From Pseudomonas aeruginosa (GTDB lineage: Bacteria > Pseudomonadota > Gammaproteobacteria > Pseudomonadales > Pseudomonadaceae): a stretch of 32,000 nt of DNA. The translations under genes were made by a program, and so were the position numbers. The notes under the pieces were generated by a model. It did no database searches. It was given only the letters and a program-made list of their open reading frames with translations, and was not told where the DNA came from. The stretch spans positions 270,001 to 302,000 of the forward strand of contig NZ_LN831024.1 in NCBI RefSeq assembly GCF_001457615.1, read 5' to 3'. Of this stretch, positions 28,296 through 32,000 are shown in pieces (the first letter of the stretch is position 1; the number at the start of each line of letters is the position of its first letter).

Positions 28296-29510
28296 TCAGC
28301 GCAAGCTTTCGGCGCCGACGCCTCGCGCCTGCCGCTCGGCGAACAGTGCCGCATAGCGCCGCGGGTCGAAGCGCAGGCCCAGTCCCAGCAGCAGCGCCGC
28401 CACCGTGGCCAGCCCGAGCCAGGCGCCGGTGAAGCTGCCGAGGCTGTCGCGCAGCAGCCCGGCGATCCATGGCGAGACCCCGGCGATCAGGTAGCCGGCG
28501 CCTTGTACCAGGGCAGCCAGTTGACCGGCGCGTTGCGGCGCGTCGAAGTGGTCGAGGCAGACGATCAAGCCCATGGGGAACAGCCCGCCGATGCCCAGTC
28601 CGAGACACAGCGCCCAGAGCAGCGGCAGGCTGGCCGGCGCCCAGGCGAGGCCGAGGAAGCCGGCCAGCATCAGCGCCGTTAGCCCGACCAGCACCGGGCG
28701 GCGATCCCGCGAGCGGCTGGCCAGGGCCGGCGCGAGCAACCCGGAGAGCACCTCCATGGCCGTCAGGAAACCGAGCAGCAGCCCGGATTCCTGGGCGCTC
28801 CAGCCCTGCTCCAGGTAATAGGGCGCGAGCCAGGCCAGCACGCAGGTGTAGCAGGCCGTGCCGAGGCCGAAGAACAGGACCAGCAGCCAGGTCCGCGGAT
28901 AGCGCAGGAGGCTCCTGCCCGGCTGCGCGTCAGGCAGGCGCAGGCGGGTGCCGGGTTGCAGCCACCAGGCCAGCAGCGCGAGCGCGGCGAGCGCCGCCCA
29001 GGCACCGAGGCCGAGCCGCCAGCCGGCGTGCTCCGCCAGGGTCGGCGCGGCGCTGGCGGACAGCGCCGCGCCAGCCATGATGGCGGTGACGTAGAGCCCC
29101 ATGCAGAGCGGCGTGCGCGCGCCGAAACGGGCCTTGATCAGGGCCGGCATCAGCGCCTGGATCAGGGCGATGCCGAGACCGGCGAGCATGGCGCTGCCGA
29201 GCAGGTCGGGCAGGCCTCGGCTGCCCAGGCGCAGGGCGCTGGCGGCGCCGATCAGCAGCAGGGCGAGGGCCACCGAACGCCACTCGCCGACGCGGCGGGC
29301 GATGCCCAGGCCGAAGAACATGCCGAGGCCGAGGGTCAGCACCGGCAGGGCGGTCAGCAGCGAGACGTCGCCGAAGCTGAGCGCGATCTCGCCGCGCATG
29401 GCGTTCAGCAGTGGGCCGACGGCGGCCATGGAGGGCCGCAGGTTGAGGCCGACCAGGACGATGGCGGCCATCAGCCAGAGGGTGCGGCAGGGTGGGTTGG
29501 CAGTGGGCAT
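28296..29510 (-). CDS. MFS transporter (CynX/NimT-like)
   Basis: From ATG 29510 (GGAGATCGCC ATG): MPTANPPCRTLWLMAAIVLVGLNLRPSMAAVGPLLNAM..., multiple TM. Confidence 0.92.
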   Translation of the reverse strand: MPTANPPCRTLWLMAAIVLVGLNLRPSMAAVGPLLNAMRGEIALSFGDVSLLTALPVLTLGLGMFFGLGIARRVGEWRSVALALLLIGAASALRLGSRGLPDLLGSAMLAGLGIALIQALMPALIKARFGARTPLCMGLYVTAIMAGAALSASAAPTLAEHAGWRLGLGAWAALAALALLAWWLQPGTRLRLPDAQPGRSLLRYPRTWLLVLFFGLGTACYTCVLAWLAPYYLEQGWSAQESGLLLGFLTAMEVLSGLLAPALASRSRDRRPVLVGLTALMLAGFLGLAWAPASLPLLWALCLGLGIGGLFPMGLIVCLDHFDAPQRAGQLAALVQGAGYLIAGVSPWIAGLLRDSLGSFTGAWLGLATVAALLLGLGLRFDPRRYAALFAERQARGVGAESLR

Positions 29511-29672
29511 GGCGATCTCCTTTCGGGAGCACCATTGCGCCTGCGCCAGGGCGTGGCGGCAAATCAAAATCCGCAGGGCGGATTCGAAAAAATGCGCTGG
29601 CCAGGGAGTCGGGGCGGACGCTGGCGCAACGTGGCGAGTCGCGAGGTTATCCGCCCCGTGCGGCGCGTGGCC

Positions 29673-30443
29673 TCACTCCGCACTCAAGCGCATCAGGCTT
29701 TCGCTCAGGGCCCGCGCGTGGCGGTCGACGATGATCGGCGCCCAGGGCCTGCCGGAAGCGCTGACCAGCGCGCTGCTCTTGCTGTTCAGGTCGCGCAGGG
29801 CCTGGCTCAGGTACTCCCAGCGGTTCTCCAGTTTCTTCAGTCCCGCCGGGTTGGCGCTTTGCGCCACCAGCAGGGCGATGCGCCGGTCGATCAGCGGGAC
29901 CAGCACGCTCTCGTCCTGGCCGAGATAGTCCCGGGGCTGCTCGCGGGCAATCTCCAGCCCGCCCAGGTAGGCGCGCGCCAGGTATTGCAGGGACAGGTAC
30001 TCGACCCGCACCGGCAACTGCCAGAGCGGCAGGGGTTGGCCTGGCGGGGGCGGCGGCACCTGGCGTTCCACCAGGTTGAGGAAGTCACGCAGGGCGCGGC
30101 TCAGTTGCTGCGGGTAGCGCCAGGGCAGGTCCTCTTCGCGGGGGCCGTAGGCCGCGCCTTCACGGATGCGCGCCACCAGCGTCTTTTCGCCTTGCCGCAG
30201 GAGCACCCCCTCGGGGGCGGCGGCGAGCGCGCGGTCGAGGCTGGCGAGGTCCTTCTCCAGTTGCGCCGCGTGCTGTTCCTGGAAACCCTCGCCGCGCAGC
30301 AACAACAGGCTGCCCACCGCGCGACAGGCCTGGACCTGCAGTTGTTGCAGGGCGCGTTGCTGGTCGTCTAGGGCGGCGCGCGCCGGCAGCGCCAGCAACA
30401 GGCAGCAAAGACAGAGGACAGCGAAAAGGGCAGGACGGAGCAT
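29673..30443 (-). CDS. Secreted hypothetical protein
   Basis: 256 aa with signal peptide MLRPALFAVLCLCCLLLALPARA; no assigned family. Confidence 0.8.
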   Translation of the reverse strand: MLRPALFAVLCLCCLLLALPARAALDDQQRALQQLQVQACRAVGSLLLLRGEGFQEQHAAQLEKDLASLDRALAAAPEGVLLRQGEKTLVARIREGAAYGPREEDLPWRYPQQLSRALRDFLNLVERQVPPPPPGQPLPLWQLPVRVEYLSLQYLARAYLGGLEIAREQPRDYLGQDESVLVPLIDRRIALLVAQSANPAGLKKLENRWEYLSQALRDLNSKSSALVSASGRPWAPIIVDRHARALSESLMRLSAE

Positions 30444-30551
30444 GGGGAGATCCTGTTGTTGTCGTTATGGATATCCGCACCGAGGGCAGGTGCCCTGCAC
30501 ACGGTAGCCGGCCATGGCGCGCCTGCAAGCGTTCGAAAGTGTGATTCGCGC

Positions 30552-31238
30552 TCAGCCGTGGGTGGCCGCGCGCAGGCCGGCGAGGTCGAGAATCTCGATG
30601 CCGCCGTAGCTGAGCTGGAGGATGCCCTGGGCTTCGAGGTCCTTGAGGATCTGGTTGGTGGTCTGCCGCGACAACGACAGCATCAATGCCAACTGCTCCT
30701 GCGGCAGGTGCAGGACCTGCCGGCTGCGGCTGTTGTCGTAGCCCTCGGCGAGCATCAGCAGGCGCCGCGCCAGGCGTTGTGCGGCCGGCAGCAGGGCCAT
30801 CTCTTCCAGGGCGATGAATGCCAGGCGCAGCTTGTGGCTCATCAGCAGGGCCACGTCGCGCCAGTAGTGCGGCTCGCGGCGAAGCAGTTCGAGCAGCGCC
30901 GCCTGCGGTACCTGGAGTAGCTGGGTGTGGCCTTCGGCGTAGGCATCGTGGGTGCGCGCCTGGCCGTCGAACAGGGCGATCTCGCCGAACCAGTGCGGCG
31001 CTTCCACCAGGATCAGCAGCGCCTCCTTGCCGTTCTCGCTGACCGCGCTGATACGGATCGCGCCCTCGACCACGCAGTACAGTCCGCAGGGCGCGTCGCC
31101 GCGGGCGAACAGGCGCTGGCCCGGCGGCAACTGGCGCGGTTGGGCGAGTGCCAGCAGGTGCGTCTGCAAGGCCTCCGGCAAACCCTGGAACCAGCGGCCG
31201 GCCTGGAGTTGCGAACGGTAGTCGGTACGCTCGTTCAT
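30552..31238 (-). CDS. Crp/Fnr-family transcriptional regulator
   Basis: 228 aa: cNMP-binding fold FARGDAPCGLYCVVEGAIRISAVSENGKEALL... and HTH LHLPQEQLALMLSLSRQTTNQILKDLEAQGILQLSYGGIEILD. Confidence 0.94.
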   Translation of the reverse strand: MNERTDYRSQLQAGRWFQGLPEALQTHLLALAQPRQLPPGQRLFARGDAPCGLYCVVEGAIRISAVSENGKEALLILVEAPHWFGEIALFDGQARTHDAYAEGHTQLLQVPQAALLELLRREPHYWRDVALLMSHKLRLAFIALEEMALLPAAQRLARRLLMLAEGYDNSRSRQVLHLPQEQLALMLSLSRQTTNQILKDLEAQGILQLSYGGIEILDLAGLRAATHG

Positions 31239-31313
31239 GTTTGTCGTCTAGCTGACAGAGTGGAAAACCGGGGCGGCGCGATGATGCGAGAACCCTGGCG
31301 TGAGACCACAACA

Positions 31314-31829
31314 ATGAAAACCCTAGTCGATCACCTTGCGCAATACGCCGCCTACCACCGCGACCGGCGCAACATCTTCAGCCATTTCATCGGCATTCCG
31401 ATGATCGTCCTCTCCATCGCCGTGTTGCTGGCGCGGCCGGCGCTGGGGTTCGGCCTGTCTCCGGCGCTGCTGCTGGCGCTCGCCGCGGCGCTGTTCTACC
31501 TGCGCCTGGACCTGCGCTTCGGCGTGGCCATGACGGCGCTGCTGGCGCTGACGGTGTGGGGCGCTGCGCAATTGGCGGCGGGGACTACCGCGGCCTGGCT
31601 GGGCTGGGGCGTCGGCCTGTTCGTGGTCGGCTGGATCATCCAGTTCGTCGGTCATTACTACGAAGGGCGCAAGCCGGCCTTCGTCGACGATCTCAGCGGG
31701 TTGATCGTCGGTCCGCTCTTCGTGCTGGCGGAACTGGCCTTTCTGCTGGGGCTGCGCGGCGACGTGCAGCGCGAGGTCGAGGAGCGCGCCGGCCCGACCT
31801 GCATTCGCGAGCACAAGCGGGCGGCGTGA
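31314..31829 (+). CDS. Mpo1/DUF962-like membrane protein
   Basis: 171 aa: MKTLVDHLAQYAAYHRDRRNIFSHFIGIPMIVLSIAVLLARP...FVGHYYEGRKPAFVDDLSGLIVGPLFV. Confidence 0.93.
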   Translation: MKTLVDHLAQYAAYHRDRRNIFSHFIGIPMIVLSIAVLLARPALGFGLSPALLLALAAALFYLRLDLRFGVAMTALLALTVWGAAQLAAGTTAAWLGWGVGLFVVGWIIQFVGHYYEGRKPAFVDDLSGLIVGPLFVLAELAFLLGLRGDVQREVEERAGPTCIREHKRAA

Positions 31830-31868
31830 GGCGGTCTCCCGCGAGCGCGGGAGACCGGGGTGGGAGCG

Positions 31869-32000
31869 TTACTTGCGATCCGCAGCGATGCGCTGGCGGA
31901 TGTGATCGGCGCGGGCCTGGGAGCCCGGGTGCGAATCGAACATGCTGCTGTCGCCGCCGCCCAGCTTGGCCAGCTTCTCGAAGGCGGTGACCAAGCCCTG
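31869..32000 (-). CDS. M48-family peptidase C-terminus (partial, runs off right edge)
   Basis: Minus frame: QGLVTAFEKLAKLGGGDSSMFDSHPGSQARADHIRQRIAADRK*; FDSHPG..RA..I is typical of M48 peptidases. Confidence 0.8.
   Translation of the reverse strand, partial: QGLVTAFEKLAKLGGGDSSMFDSHPGSQARADHIRQRIAADRK

Overview
The window is Pseudomonas aeruginosa-like, GC-rich core sequence on both flanks with an AT-richer accessory block between them. The left flank (1-10409) carries a shikimate/quinate dehydrogenase-like gene (partial), aroQ, an MFS transporter, pobA with a divergent AraC-type regulator, GNAT, CBS, SUFU-domain and lipoprotein genes, a MarR regulator with a UbiD-family decarboxylase (hudR/hudA-like), and a DUF1275 membrane protein. 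The right flank (19218-32000) carries tRNA-Arg(CCG), gabD, gabT, a receiver-HDOD protein, a MocR/PdxR-type regulator, AhpD-like, cupin and small monooxygenase genes, LysR, an MFS transporter, a lipoprotein-like protein, a Crp/Fnr regulator, an Mpo1/DUF962-like protein and a partial M48 peptidase. The accessory block (~10.45-19.2 kb) abuts the 3' end of the tRNA-Arg gene. It contains (i) a protein with DUF4347/caspase-fold-like HG...YGCD motifs, (ii) a colicin M-type bacteriocin (PaeM/pyocin M-like) carrying the exact D-x-Y-D-x5-H-R catalytic motif, a downstream four-TM candidate immunity gene, and an upstream array of four ~10-11 bp units resembling the PrtN 'P-box', (iii) an IS3-family element with identifiable inverted repeats but no target duplication, and (iv) a ~911-aa Hsp70/actin-like ATPase in which the phosphate-1 motif lies C-terminal to phosphate-2 and adenosine-like motifs, with two adjacent palindromes upstream. 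Family assignments come from motif recognition and memory; no database search was run.
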